Assembly (NCBI GenBank): GCA_044376695.1
Contig: JBILKM010000007.1
Coordinates: forward strand, 10,752-74,751
Length of the DNA: 64,000 nucleotides
Source of the DNA: Silvanigrellaceae bacterium
Lineage (GTDB): Bacteria > Bdellovibrionota_B > Oligoflexia > Silvanigrellales > Silvanigrellaceae
Direction: 5' to 3'
Shown in pieces: positions 26,519 to 36,553 of this stretch. Under the pieces are notes generated by a model that had not been told where the DNA came from, did no database searches, and was given only the letters and a program-made list of their open reading frames with translations. Within the stretch, counting starts at the first letter, position 1; every line of letters starts with the position of its first letter. A program made the position numbers and the translations under genes.

Positions 26519-27412
26519 TTATTCTTGCAATAGATTTTTTAATTTTGCGCGCATTTTTTGAACCGCTTGGGTATGGAGCTGGGACACCCGGGATTCAGTC
26601 ACATCAAGTATTTTTCCGATTTCCTTGAGGTTGAGATCTTCATAATAGTAGAGACTCAACACAAGTTTTTGCTTCTCTGGGAGCTCTTCGACAGTCTTCA
26701 AAATGATATCCCGAACTCCCTTCTGTTTGAGCATCATGAAAGGATTCTTGGAGTTCGGGTTTTCGAGACATTCGAGTAGGGATTTTTTGTCGCCAGAATG
26801 AACGCCACCGAGCTCTTCGAGACTCAACATCGATACCCGTGTGCGACCTGATTTCTCGTGAAACTCTTCAAGAGAAATCTGAAGATGCTCGGCTACCTCT
26901 TTATCTTCGGGTGGGCGATGCAACTTCTGCTCAAGCTCATAGCGAGCGCGTTCTTCGCGTTTGTTTGTTTCACGAACCGAGCGCGGCACCCAGTCTTGGT
27001 TGCGCAATTCATCGAGAATTGCACCACGGATACGAAATTCGGCGTAGGTTTTGAACTTGTTGTCGCGGCCTGGATCGTATTTGTCGATGGCATCCATGAG
27101 GCCAATAACACCGGCGGAAAACAGGTCGTCGAGGTCGATATTCGATGGCAGACGCGCCGCGATCTTCTGAGCGATGTACTTTATCAGCGGCGCGTAATCC
27201 ATGATGACCTGGTTGCGCATTGGATCGGCCGCAGTTGCCTGCGCTCGCTGTTGGCCAGAAACCTGTTTTTTCGCCGCAGCTGTCTTGCGAGCAGCATTCT
27301 CACCGCTTTCGCTGGCATACTTTGAGGTCTTGCCTTCAGCGCTGGCTTGGCCGCTTTTTGCTGCTGTTTTTTCCTGAACCGGTTGCTTTTTCGCTGCGCT
27401 GCCCGTGCTCAT
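26519..27412 (-). CDS. fliA: Flagellar sigma factor FliA (sigma-28) with a K/A-rich N-terminal extension
   Basis: Region 2 LIKYIAQKIAARLP...DLFSAGVIGLMDAIDKYDP. Region 4 LSLYYYEDLNLKEIGKILDVTESRVSQLHTQAV. About 65 extra N-terminal residues. Confidence 0.92.
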   Translation of the reverse strand: MSTGSAAKKQPVQEKTAAKSGQASAEGKTSKYASESGENAARKTAAAKKQVSGQQRAQATAADPMRNQVIMDYAPLIKYIAQKIAARLPSNIDLDDLFSAGVIGLMDAIDKYDPGRDNKFKTYAEFRIRGAILDELRNQDWVPRSVRETNKREERARYELEQKLHRPPEDKEVAEHLQISLEEFHEKSGRTRVSMLSLEELGGVHSGDKKSLLECLENPNSKNPFMMLKQKGVRDIILKTVEELPEKQKLVLSLYYYEDLNLKEIGKILDVTESRVSQLHTQAVQKMRAKLKNLLQE

Positions 27413-27431
27413 AAATACACCTCTTCAGGAA

Positions 27432-28367
27432 TCAACGGCCAAAAGTTTCAAGGTTTTGTCCAGCAACCAAGCGCTTCCAGAAGAACTGCATGGTTCCTTT
27501 GGGCTGCGGCACGTTGGCGTTGAACAGAATTTCGCGAGCGATGCCTCTCAGGCCTCGCGATGCCGGGGAAAATGGATAACGCTGAACGTAGGGAGTCCGT
27601 TCGCGAACCGAATTGCGAACTGAGTCGCAAAGTGGAACCATTCCGACATAATCGAGTCTGACGTTCAAATATTCATTGGCCACTGAACTCAATCGCTCGA
27701 ACACACGAAGTGCTTCTTCTTCGCTCTTGGCCATGTTGACGATGAGCTTGAAGCAGGTTTCGTGATTTGTCTGCGACAGTACTTTCATGGTGGCATAGGC
27801 GTCGGCAAGACTTGTGGGCTCAGGAGTTGCGACCAGCAGAACTTCCGATGCGCTCGCAGCCCAATACTGGACGTTTTTTGATACACCTGCAGGCGTGTCT
27901 ATCAGCACGACATCAAAGTCGTCCTGGATGCTTTCTATTTGGTCTAGCAGAACCAATTTTTGCATCTGTCCCAACTCGCTCACTCGAGGCATACCGCTGG
28001 AGGCCGGAATCAAACGTAAGCCTTCCGGACCAGTGACGATGACGTCTCTGAGCTCGCGTTCACCCACGAGAACATCCTCGAGTGTCGAGTCAGCTCTGAC
28101 ATTCAGCAGAACATCCAGGTTCGCGAGACCAAAATCACCGTCTATAAGCAATGTTCGCATTCCTTCACGGACGAAACACAGCCCAAGGTTTGCAGTGGTC
28201 AAAGTTTTGCCGACACCGCCTTTTCCGCCTGTAACGGTGAGAACTCGGGGCGCTGGTGAAGTTTTGCCGGATGCGCCGGCGACATTTCCGAAGGCCGAGG
28301 CTCCGCTGCTTTGGGGGACACGGGCTTCTTCCATAAGGCGTCGTAACGTTGAAGCTTGATCAAACAC
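27432..28367 (-). CDS. flhG: Flagellar number regulator FlhG/FleN (MinD-type ATPase)
   Basis: GTG start keeps the N-terminal DQASTLR (DQAxxLR FlhF-activator helix). Deviant Walker A GGKGGVGKT. Confidence 0.92.
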   Translation of the reverse strand: MFDQASTLRRLMEEARVPQSSGASAFGNVAGASGKTSPAPRVLTVTGGKGGVGKTLTTANLGLCFVREGMRTLLIDGDFGLANLDVLLNVRADSTLEDVLVGERELRDVIVTGPEGLRLIPASSGMPRVSELGQMQKLVLLDQIESIQDDFDVVLIDTPAGVSKNVQYWAASASEVLLVATPEPTSLADAYATMKVLSQTNHETCFKLIVNMAKSEEEALRVFERLSSVANEYLNVRLDYVGMVPLCDSVRNSVRERTPYVQRYPFSPASRGLRGIAREILFNANVPQPKGTMQFFWKRLVAGQNLETFGR

Positions 28368-28386
28368 TTTTGTTTACTCCCAATCA

Positions 28387-29877
28387 TCAAAGTCTGAAGA
28401 TACGTTCGACAACCCGTTCTTTGGTTGCTGGTTCGAGGTCTTCGGGAACCTTCTGGCCAGTTGTGAAGAAGGACAGAGGAATTTTGCTGGTGATATTTGT
28501 GTTGAGGATCTCGCCGAAGCTCCACGATTCGTCGAGTTTGGTGAAAATAAGGCTTTGTGGGTTCACCATTCTAAATGCCTTTAGATTCTCATCCAGATCG
28601 CGTTGCTTCATGCTGGCCGATTGAACCATATGGAAGTGAACTGGAAAGGGCATGGTGGTGAGTTGTTTGAGCTGATCCATTTGGGAATTATGCTTACTGC
28701 TGCGACCAGCAGTATCGATAAAGATCACATCATAGTCGTAGAATTTGGCAACGAACTCAGACAAGTCTTCGAGATCCGAAACTTCAGTGAATGGGCAATC
28801 GAGGATCTTTGAGTATGCACGAAGCTGATCCGCAGCTGCGATTCGGAAGGCATCCATGCTGACAAGAGCAACGCGTTTTTTGTCATTGAGTTGAAGTCGG
28901 GCTGCAAGCTTGGCAATTGAGGTCGTTTTGCCAACGCCGGTTGAGCCGACCAATGCAACAACCTTTTGGTTGGTGAAATTGGCTTGAGGTGTAACGCTCA
29001 TCTGTCGGAACAGAAAGCGAATGCTCTGGTTGAGATAGTGCTCTTTCAGCTTCTCTCCCACGAGAGGCGAGCCGTCGCCCTGGGTTGGTCGTGGGCCCGA
29101 CATTACGACATGCGTGAGTTCGGAGATGATCGCCTCAAGAACCCCTGCTGCACGGAGGCGAATGCAGATGTCGTTCAAGCATTCGTCTTGCAGAGCCATG
29201 TTCTCGTTGTCTCGATAGTGACGCTGGCGCATGAGATCATGGAGCATCACACGTATTTCTTGCATTTGATCGGTGACATTAACATGGGGGATCTGTTCAA
29301 TCTCCCTGCGCACTCGGCCAAGTTCTTCACGAAGAAGCCTCACTTCATCGCTTGCTTGCTCGTCAAACTTTCTTCCAACAACAGCTAGGTGCTGCTCTTG
29401 CTTCTGAGCAGGAGCTTGCACCGCGGGAGCAGAAGAAAGCTCAGTGGAGGTGAGGTGTGTTGTTCTTTTGCCAATCGGCTGTTGTCCGGGTTCAAGAACT
29501 CCGGCAAGAGTCTTGGCAAGATCGCGCGTTGCCGGGTTGAGTTGTCCGAGAGTGGGCATATTCTTGACCACACTGACTTCATTCTTCTTCTGCACGACAG
29601 GAAACTGGGCTCGCTGCGCTTTGGCAGCTTGCTCGGGCGAGAGCACGCTCGTTTTTTGGTAAGCGCCAGCCTGAGGGTTTCTCGACTGTGTGACCGCCTT
29701 CGAGTTCGAAGCCGCAGGTGCGGCAGTCACCTCGATCACGCGAATTGGCTTTCCGCTACCTTCCTGTGCGGTTGTTTTCTCTCGCGTTGACAGAATAACC
29801 GCGTCCCTGCCCAGCTCTCGCTTCACAAGCTTAATCGCGTCCTGCATGCTAAAAGCTTCAAACTTCTGGACATCCAT
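28387..29877 (-). CDS. flhF: Flagellar placement GTPase FlhF (SRP-type)
   Basis: ATG 29877 follows an AGGGG Shine-Dalgarno sequence. N-terminal MDVQKFEAFSMQDAIKLVKRELG; G1 GSTGVGKTT; DTAGRS; TKLDE. Confidence 0.92.
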   Translation of the reverse strand: MDVQKFEAFSMQDAIKLVKRELGRDAVILSTREKTTAQEGSGKPIRVIEVTAAPAASNSKAVTQSRNPQAGAYQKTSVLSPEQAAKAQRAQFPVVQKKNEVSVVKNMPTLGQLNPATRDLAKTLAGVLEPGQQPIGKRTTHLTSTELSSAPAVQAPAQKQEQHLAVVGRKFDEQASDEVRLLREELGRVRREIEQIPHVNVTDQMQEIRVMLHDLMRQRHYRDNENMALQDECLNDICIRLRAAGVLEAIISELTHVVMSGPRPTQGDGSPLVGEKLKEHYLNQSIRFLFRQMSVTPQANFTNQKVVALVGSTGVGKTTSIAKLAARLQLNDKKRVALVSMDAFRIAAADQLRAYSKILDCPFTEVSDLEDLSEFVAKFYDYDVIFIDTAGRSSKHNSQMDQLKQLTTMPFPVHFHMVQSASMKQRDLDENLKAFRMVNPQSLIFTKLDESWSFGEILNTNITSKIPLSFFTTGQKVPEDLEPATKERVVERIFRL

Positions 29878-29914
29878 TGTCACACCCCTGAACACTGAGA
29901 GTCATCTTGCTCTC

Positions 29915-32035
29915 TTAGGAAATCATTTTGATATTTCTGATCTGCATCCCTGATGGAACTTCGTCGTATGAGAGCACTGCAACCTGCGGAAGATAACGCA
30001 CCATGAGGCGCTGAAATGCTTGTCGCAAACGAGCCGATATCAACAGCACGGGTTGAGAACCCTCGGTTTCAAAGACGGAAATTCCATTCATGAGCTTCTG
30101 AAGGATCTCTTGGGCCTGACGTGCATCGAGATTGAGGTAGGTGTTGCCATTGTCGGTTGTGACAAGACCTCCGCCAAGAATATCCTCAATCATGCGATCG
30201 AAAGTGACCACGACAAGCTCTTCCTTTTCGTTGCAGTACTTCTGCGCGATGCCGCGGCCGAGCGCTTTGCGACACTGTTCAGACAGCACTTCAGGATTCT
30301 TTACAATCTTACAGTGGTCAGCCAGGCACTCGAAGAGTGAAAGAATGTCCCGCACCGACACATCTTCACGCAGCAAGTTTTGCATGACCTTCACCACGTC
30401 TCCGAGCGAGAGACGTTCTGAATGGATGACTTCTTCAACAACTTTTGGATTGCTTTCGCGCAGCTTGTCGACGAGGTATTGAACATCTTGCCGTGTCAGA
30501 AGCTCAGCAGCGTGTTCCCGCAGAGCTTTGGTGATGTGGGTTGCAATCACGGTGGCACAGTTGACCACAGTGTATCCGCGGAAAACTGCCTCGTCTTTTT
30601 CGCGCTTGTGAATCCACAGGGCCGGAAGGCCATAGACAGGGTCGGTTGTTGGCTCTCCTCCAATCGGCATCTCGACATTGCCGGGATCCATGGCGAGGAA
30701 GTAGTCGACCATCAGTTGGCCCGTAGCAATCTTGCTCCCCTTGAGTGAGATTGAGTATTGGCCTGGATCGTGTTGCAGATTGTCGCGTAGCTGAATTTGC
30801 GGAACAACGATTCCGAGCTCTTGGGCAAACTGCTTTCGGATGCTTTGGATACGGTCGACCACTTCACCATCTTGTTGTGGGTCAATTAGATGCACGAGTG
30901 CATGGCCCACTTCCACGGCCAATACGTCCAGACGCATGAGTGAGTCGATGCTTTCGGATTCTTTCTTTTCCTTTGTCTGCGCATCTTTTTCAGTGCCTTC
31001 AGCCTCAAGTTTTTTCTCGTCACTGACACTGCGCTGAGCAATCCGACCCAGAAAAACCATAAGTGCAGCAAGGCCAAAAAATGCGATTTTGGGAAATCCC
31101 GGAACAAGTGCAAGCAAGGTGATGATGCCGGCAGCAACATAAAGCGCCTTGGGATGCACACGGAATTGTTTCATGACCTGCCCACCGAGGTCACCCTCGG
31201 AGGTCGCGCGTGTCACAATAAGACCGGCGGCAGTTGAGATCATCAGTGAGGGAATAGCAGCAATGAGACCGTCACCTACAGCAAGTAGGGTGAAAGTCTT
31301 TGCGGCATCGGTAGCACTCATGTTGAATTGAATGATTCCGATGATAAGACCGACGATCATGTTCACAAGAGTAATAATGATACCTGCGATGGCATCACCG
31401 CGGACGAACTTGGAAGCACCGTCCATGGCACCATAGAAGTCGGCTTCTTTTTCTACGGCCGTTCTTCTGCGGCGCGCCTCTTCGGCGTTAATGTGTCCTG
31501 AGTTCAATTCGGCATCAATTGCCATCTGTTTACCGGGCATCGCATCGAGCGTAAAGCGGGCAGCAACTTCTGCGATACGCCCCGAACCCTTGGTGATAAC
31601 CACGAAGTTGATGACAGTGAGGATGATGAAAATCACCAAACCGACACCAATATTGTCAGCAATCACGATGTTACCGAAGGCTTTGATGAGATTACTCATA
31701 TTGCCGCTGGTATCGGCACCATGCGTTAGAATTGAACGGGTGGTTGAAACGTTGAGTGCAAGTCGAAACAAGGTTGAAATAAGGAGAACAGTCGGGAATA
31801 CACCGAACTCAAGTGGCTTGTTGATATAAACGGCAACAAGCATGATGACCAGAGAGGTTGAGAGCGAGATTGCAAGCAGTAGGTCAAGCAGAAGACCTGG
31901 GATTGGAAAAAGCATAATGGGCAGAATAGCGACAACCGCCAACGCCATGAGGATGTCAGGACTCTTGAGCCAAGCCCAAGGAGAACCGGTTGACAGCTTT
32001 CCAGAGCTGTCAGTCAGTGTTCCACCTGTTGCCAT
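29915..32035 (-). CDS. flhA: Flagellar export apparatus protein FlhA
   Basis: FPTVLLISTLFRLALNVSTTRSIL, FVRGDAIAGIII, and a large cytoplasmic domain. 706 aa. Confidence 0.97.
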   Translation of the reverse strand: MATGGTLTDSSGKLSTGSPWAWLKSPDILMALAVVAILPIMLFPIPGLLLDLLLAISLSTSLVIMLVAVYINKPLEFGVFPTVLLISTLFRLALNVSTTRSILTHGADTSGNMSNLIKAFGNIVIADNIGVGLVIFIILTVINFVVITKGSGRIAEVAARFTLDAMPGKQMAIDAELNSGHINAEEARRRRTAVEKEADFYGAMDGASKFVRGDAIAGIIITLVNMIVGLIIGIIQFNMSATDAAKTFTLLAVGDGLIAAIPSLMISTAAGLIVTRATSEGDLGGQVMKQFRVHPKALYVAAGIITLLALVPGFPKIAFFGLAALMVFLGRIAQRSVSDEKKLEAEGTEKDAQTKEKKESESIDSLMRLDVLAVEVGHALVHLIDPQQDGEVVDRIQSIRKQFAQELGIVVPQIQLRDNLQHDPGQYSISLKGSKIATGQLMVDYFLAMDPGNVEMPIGGEPTTDPVYGLPALWIHKREKDEAVFRGYTVVNCATVIATHITKALREHAAELLTRQDVQYLVDKLRESNPKVVEEVIHSERLSLGDVVKVMQNLLREDVSVRDILSLFECLADHCKIVKNPEVLSEQCRKALGRGIAQKYCNEKEELVVVTFDRMIEDILGGGLVTTDNGNTYLNLDARQAQEILQKLMNGISVFETEGSQPVLLISARLRQAFQRLMVRYLPQVAVLSYDEVPSGMQIRNIKMIS

Positions 32036-32065
32036 AGATCACTCCCTCCTCTTTATGCGTTGAGT

Positions 32066-33169
32066 TCAGCCCATCGCACTCTGAAGGTTGAAACGTTCAA
32101 AATAATCTTTTCCGCGTGCCTGGTAGATGACTTTCATCACTTCGATGACCGATGAATAGAGGCTTGGCGGAACTTCTTGACCAACCTTCACTGTCTTGTA
32201 CAAGGTTCGCGCCAGTGCTTTGTTCTCCACCAGCATGATGTCGTTCTTCTTTGCGATTTCACGAATCTTCATGGCCAGGAAATCCTGTCCTTTAGCCACA
32301 ACAATGGGGGCGGGCATCCCACGCACATAGCGAATTGCAACCGAAAAGTGTGTTGGATTGGTCACCACAAATGTAGCAGTTGGAACCGCATTAATGTTTT
32401 TGCGCATGATCATCTCACGTGCCATGCGACGGCGTTGGCTTCTGACCAGAGGGTCACCTTCTTGTGACTTGTTCTCTTCTTTGACTTCCTGCTTGCTCAT
32501 CATCATCTGGCGTTCGAGCCGGAACCAACTCCAGCCGTAGTCAGCCGCACCCAAGACAACCATGGTGATGGTCACCCAGGTGAGCAATTTGAGAATGGCT
32601 CCGTAGAGGCTCTCAGCCATGACGCCTGTTGAAAAGAAGAAATAGAGCTCGCTTTCCGAAAGCTCTTTTTTCATGAAGACATAGAGAACGGTGCACAGAA
32701 CCGTACCCTTGATCAGCACCTTAACAAATTCCTCAAGTCCACCTGCCGAGAGCATCTTCTGAAGACCTGAAATAAAATTGAGCTTGTCGGGTGTCGGTGT
32801 GATTTTCTTCCATGACCAATTGAATTGCGTGAATACGAGGCCAATCATGGATGGAACAATTGATAGCAGTGCTATCGTGCCGATCATTACGGGCATAATG
32901 GGCGCAATAACCTGCGTGACCATATCCATGAAATCGAGGTCTTTCTTGGATTGAAAGGCTACCATAGCAAGAGCTCGGTTGAAGCTTCCCTTCATGGAGA
33001 GGAAAATCTCCGAACCGAGAAATGAAAGACCAATCGTCACAATCATTAAAGTGATTGCGGCAAGCATCTCGCGCGGGTTGGCAATCTGACCTTCCTCGCG
33101 GTACTGCCTACGCCTCTCATCACTCGCCTCTTCAGTTTTGTCTTGTTGACTTTCTTCGCGCTCTTCCAT
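32066..33169 (-). CDS. flhB: Flagellar export apparatus protein FlhB
   Basis: N-terminal EKTEEASDERRRQYREEGQIA and the autocleavage site NPTHFSVAIRY. Confidence 0.96.
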   Translation of the reverse strand: MEEREESQQDKTEEASDERRRQYREEGQIANPREMLAAITLMIVTIGLSFLGSEIFLSMKGSFNRALAMVAFQSKKDLDFMDMVTQVIAPIMPVMIGTIALLSIVPSMIGLVFTQFNWSWKKITPTPDKLNFISGLQKMLSAGGLEEFVKVLIKGTVLCTVLYVFMKKELSESELYFFFSTGVMAESLYGAILKLLTWVTITMVVLGAADYGWSWFRLERQMMMSKQEVKEENKSQEGDPLVRSQRRRMAREMIMRKNINAVPTATFVVTNPTHFSVAIRYVRGMPAPIVVAKGQDFLAMKIREIAKKNDIMLVENKALARTLYKTVKVGQEVPPSLYSSVIEVMKVIYQARGKDYFERFNLQSAMG

Positions 33170-33177
33170 GCGTCACC

Positions 33178-33990
33178 TCAATTCCTTGTGCCGAAGGCTT
33201 TTTGTACTTGGTTGAATGCTGCGATCTCGAGCATGCCGCCCTGAGTGCCAATCAACCGAACAAAAGCCGATGCTGAGAAGAAGAGAACAACCATGCTAAG
33301 CAGGAAACTTACTGGAAAACTGATTACAAAAGCGTTGAGCTGAGGCAACGCGCGGTTTAACAAACCAAGTGCAATTGTTGTCAGTGTCTGGATAAGAAGG
33401 AGAGGGCCGGCAATACGCAAACCGATATCAAAGCTGGCTGTAATCGTCTGCATGATGACACTCATCAAAACTTCAGGGTTTGCTGTTGCGGCGATTGGAA
33501 TTGTAGAAAATGAAGTTACGATGCCTTTGATAAAGATATGGTGGATGTTGAATGTGAGGATGAGAATGGTCACCATCCAGATTTTTAGCGAGGAAAATGC
33601 GGATTCCTGTGTTTGTGTTTGAGGCGTAAACAGTGTGGCAGTTTGGAAGCCCATGTTTACACCGACAATGTGGGACGCAATTGAGGCAGCGAAGATCAGT
33701 GTTTTTGCTGCAAAGCCAACAGCAAAACCAAAAAACACTTCCCTGATTGTTGCAAGACCAAGAGCCACTGGGCTCCATTGAATGAATCCCGGAACTGCAC
33801 GAATATTGCCCTCAACCACAGGCCAAATGCAGATACTGATGGTGAGTGCAAGCATCAATCGCAGTCGGGAAGGGACGGTTGTGTCGCCAAAAATTGGCAT
33901 AAAAAAGAGAACGCTCACAATCCGCAGGAACATCATCACTGCGAATGGCCAGACCTGAGGGTCAAGTTGGAAGAGCGACTCGAAGTTCAT
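33178..33990 (-). CDS. fliR: Flagellar export apparatus protein FliR
   Basis: ATG 33990 overlaps the fliQ stop (ATGA). Polytopic membrane protein in the canonical fliPQR order. Confidence 0.9.
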   Translation of the reverse strand: MNFESLFQLDPQVWPFAVMMFLRIVSVLFFMPIFGDTTVPSRLRLMLALTISICIWPVVEGNIRAVPGFIQWSPVALGLATIREVFFGFAVGFAAKTLIFAASIASHIVGVNMGFQTATLFTPQTQTQESAFSSLKIWMVTILILTFNIHHIFIKGIVTSFSTIPIAATANPEVLMSVIMQTITASFDIGLRIAGPLLLIQTLTTIALGLLNRALPQLNAFVISFPVSFLLSMVVLFFSASAFVRLIGTQGGMLEIAAFNQVQKAFGTRN

Positions 33991-34262
33991 TTTTGTCTCG
34001 TGATCTCCGGAATTTTTTTGAAGATATCTTGTGTGTAGGTCGTCATTCGGCGCACCATCCACGGGCTCATGATCGCAAATACGGCGATCATGGCGGCAAT
34101 CTTTGGCAAGAAGGAGAGCGTAGCTTCGTTTATTTGGGTTGCGGCTTGGAAAATACTGATAATCAAGCCAACAACCAAAGCTGTAGCAAGCAACGGTAAG
34201 CTCAATTCTGCAGTTGCGTAGATGAGACCCATAAAGAGGTCGATGACTTGTTGGCTATTCAT
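33987..34262 (-). CDS. fliQ: Flagellar export apparatus protein FliQ
   Basis: 91 aa: LSLPLLATALVVGLIISIFQAATQINEATLSFLPKI. ATGA overlap with fliP. Confidence 0.95.
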   Translation of the reverse strand: MNSQQVIDLFMGLIYATAELSLPLLATALVVGLIISIFQAATQINEATLSFLPKIAAMIAVFAIMSPWMVRRMTTYTQDIFKKIPEITRQK

Positions 34263-35200
34263 GCGAAGCTCCTGATGAGGGAACCTGCGAGCAGATTCCA
34301 GCCGTCGACAACCACGAACAGGATGATCTTCAGCGGCAGGCTTACAACTGTCGGCGGAAGCATCATCATACCCATGGCCATCAGAACACCACTCACGATC
34401 ATGTCGATGATGATGAAAGGTAAGTAGACAAGAAATCCGATTTGAAAGGCACTTTTGAGTTCACTGATAATGAATGATGGAATGAGTACCCGCATGGAAA
34501 TATCCTCGGGCTTCTGGGGTTGCGGCCCCTGCGATAGGCTAAGAAACAATTTAATGTCTTCCTTGCGCACCTGTGCCATCATGAAGTCGCGCACGGGAGC
34601 TTGTGCCTTATCGAATGCGACGTCTGCTGTAATTGTTTTTGCCATGTATGGTGCAATAGCAGTGTCGTAGATTTTCGTCGTTGTAGGCGCCATTACAAAA
34701 TAGGTGAGGAACAGCGAGAGTCCAATCAATACCTGATTCGGAGGCATTGTTGGGGAACCTAGTGCCTGCCGGACAAAGGAGAGCACAATGAGGATTCGTG
34801 TGAAGGCGCTTGTGAGAAGCAAAATGGCTGGTGCGAGGGTGAGGATTGTTAAAATTCCGACAACTCTTAACGCAGGTACGAGGTCGTCGGAGTTTTCGGA
34901 GTCGCCAATGCTCAATGAAAAAAGTGGAATCGTATTGGGCTTGAGAGTTGTCTTCGAAGGATTCAGACCTGGAGCAGTTACTGGAGCGATCTGGGGGACT
35001 GTTGCGGTCTGTGTTTGCTTTTGATTTTGCGCGAGTGCTACCGCGGGAAGAATGAATATTTGGCTTATTCCGAGCACCATAACAAGTGCCACAAGCATCC
35101 TGCAAACGAGAGATCCGTATTTCAGGGAACTTTTCATTGTCACTTGCCCCGGTGGTGTGCGTTGCTTCTTTGCCGCTTGCCTAAGAACAGGAACACTCAT
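34259..35200 (-). CDS. fliP: Flagellar export apparatus protein FliP
   Basis: LTILTLAPAILLLTSAFTRILIVLSFVRQALG...PNQVLIGLSLFLTYFVM. ATGA overlap with the upstream fliO-like gene. An internal ATG at 35137 is an alternative start. Confidence 0.95.
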   Translation of the reverse strand: MSVPVLRQAAKKQRTPPGQVTMKSSLKYGSLVCRMLVALVMVLGISQIFILPAVALAQNQKQTQTATVPQIAPVTAPGLNPSKTTLKPNTIPLFSLSIGDSENSDDLVPALRVVGILTILTLAPAILLLTSAFTRILIVLSFVRQALGSPTMPPNQVLIGLSLFLTYFVMAPTTTKIYDTAIAPYMAKTITADVAFDKAQAPVRDFMMAQVRKEDIKLFLSLSQGPQPQKPEDISMRVLIPSFIISELKSAFQIGFLVYLPFIIIDMIVSGVLMAMGMMMLPPTVVSLPLKIILFVVVDGWNLLAGSLIRSFA

Positions 35201-36528
35201 GCGAGTGGACGCAGATCTTTCAGTCGTTCACGAATCATGTTGGTGACGTTACTGGCGTCATCTGCGCCAGAGCTATTGTTGTTGCTAGCTGTGCTCTGAG
35301 GAATGCTTCTTTTGCTTTCCTGTTCAAATGCGTTTGCAAGGTATTTTGGAAATGCCGCTCTGGTTTGTTTGAGTGTTGGCTCGCCCCTGCCTTTGCTATC
35401 ACTTACAGAATCGAGAATTTTCTTTTCCCTGGATGCGGTTTCAGCGGCAACAGCTTTAGTCGTGACAGGAGATTCGGAGGTATTGGATCCCGTGCGCCCA
35501 CGGAGGTTTTTCTCACGTAGGTTCTTCAGTGCACCCATCAGCATCTCAGAGCGGGCAACCGCTGTTTCTTCACCCAGGGATTCGGCCTCAGATGCGACGA
35601 GTTTGACCGGCTCATCTTGGGTGATCCGTTGCTGAACCTTTCTGCGCCGAGGTTCCTCTCCTCCCGAGTCATCCGTGCTTTGGTTCAGCGTCTTCGAGTG
35701 TGCTTGCATTTCTGTGAGAACGGTCATCCCATGTTCAGTTGATGCAACTGCAACTTCCTTGTCGCGGATGCGGATCAGGAGGATTTGACGTTTGGGTGAA
35801 AGTGCAAGCGTGCTGATTAGCTGCATCTGTTTTTCGGAGCGATTTAGTCCGAATGTCTTTCCTTGTCGCAACCGCACAGCCATCACTCCCGCTGCAGCGA
35901 GCCCAAGGATGAGAAAGGCACCAGCAGCATAGGAGGTCCACGGTGAGCTGTCTGTTCCGTTCAACGGCAGCAATTGTGTTTGCAGAGCAGCTCCATTGGG
36001 AACAAGTATGGTGGTGTCTGTTGCTTGAAGCGGAGCCGCACCCTGAGACTTATCCGTTGTTGCGGCTGTTGGATCGATTGCGGTCGCAGTGGCCTGTGCA
36101 GTTTCGCCAGTCGTACTTGTGTTAGTCCCTGGCGCAGCCTCTGCAGTTGTCGATGCTGTGGCTGCTGTTGCGGATTTTATGTCGGTGTTTTTCTGGGCGT
36201 CTAGGGTTTGCACAGCTCCCGCGTTTTGGGATGGAATGGCTGCGTTCGCTGCATTGCCTGAGTTAGCTGCAGAAGGATTGGCATCAGCGGCTGGAATAGG
36301 TGGAACTGAAAATCCATTTGCAGACTGAGACTGCGTCGCTGTGGATGTCGACCCAGCGGTGCCACTGGTTCCCGGGACTGCTTCGTTTGTCGGATTATTT
36401 CCTCGTGCAGGCTCAGCGCCTGCTCCCGCAAGTGGAGCACTCTGCGCAAGTGCTGGAAGAACGCTCGCTGCTGCAATATAAGCGAGTGCGGATCTCTTGA
36501 GGTTTGTTCTCTGAAGCGGGGAGTTCAT
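35197..36528 (-). CDS. fliO: FliO-like protein, greatly expanded (443 aa)
   Basis: Position between fliN and fliP. FliO core TM AAGAFLILGLAAAGVMAV plus MQLISTLALSPKRQILLIRIRDKEVAVASTEHGMTVLTEM. It is flanked by a roughly 190-aa A/T/S/N/G-rich N-terminal region behind a signal peptide, and by a roughly 160-aa charged C-terminal tail. AAGGA Shine-Dalgarno sequence before ATG 36528. Confidence 0.7.
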   Translation of the reverse strand: MNSPLQRTNLKRSALAYIAAASVLPALAQSAPLAGAGAEPARGNNPTNEAVPGTSGTAGSTSTATQSQSANGFSVPPIPAADANPSAANSGNAANAAIPSQNAGAVQTLDAQKNTDIKSATAATASTTAEAAPGTNTSTTGETAQATATAIDPTAATTDKSQGAAPLQATDTTILVPNGAALQTQLLPLNGTDSSPWTSYAAGAFLILGLAAAGVMAVRLRQGKTFGLNRSEKQMQLISTLALSPKRQILLIRIRDKEVAVASTEHGMTVLTEMQAHSKTLNQSTDDSGGEEPRRRKVQQRITQDEPVKLVASEAESLGEETAVARSEMLMGALKNLREKNLRGRTGSNTSESPVTTKAVAAETASREKKILDSVSDSKGRGEPTLKQTRAAFPKYLANAFEQESKRSIPQSTASNNNSSGADDASNVTNMIRERLKDLRPLA

Positions 36529-36553
36529 AAGCACATCCTTATGGTTCTAAATT

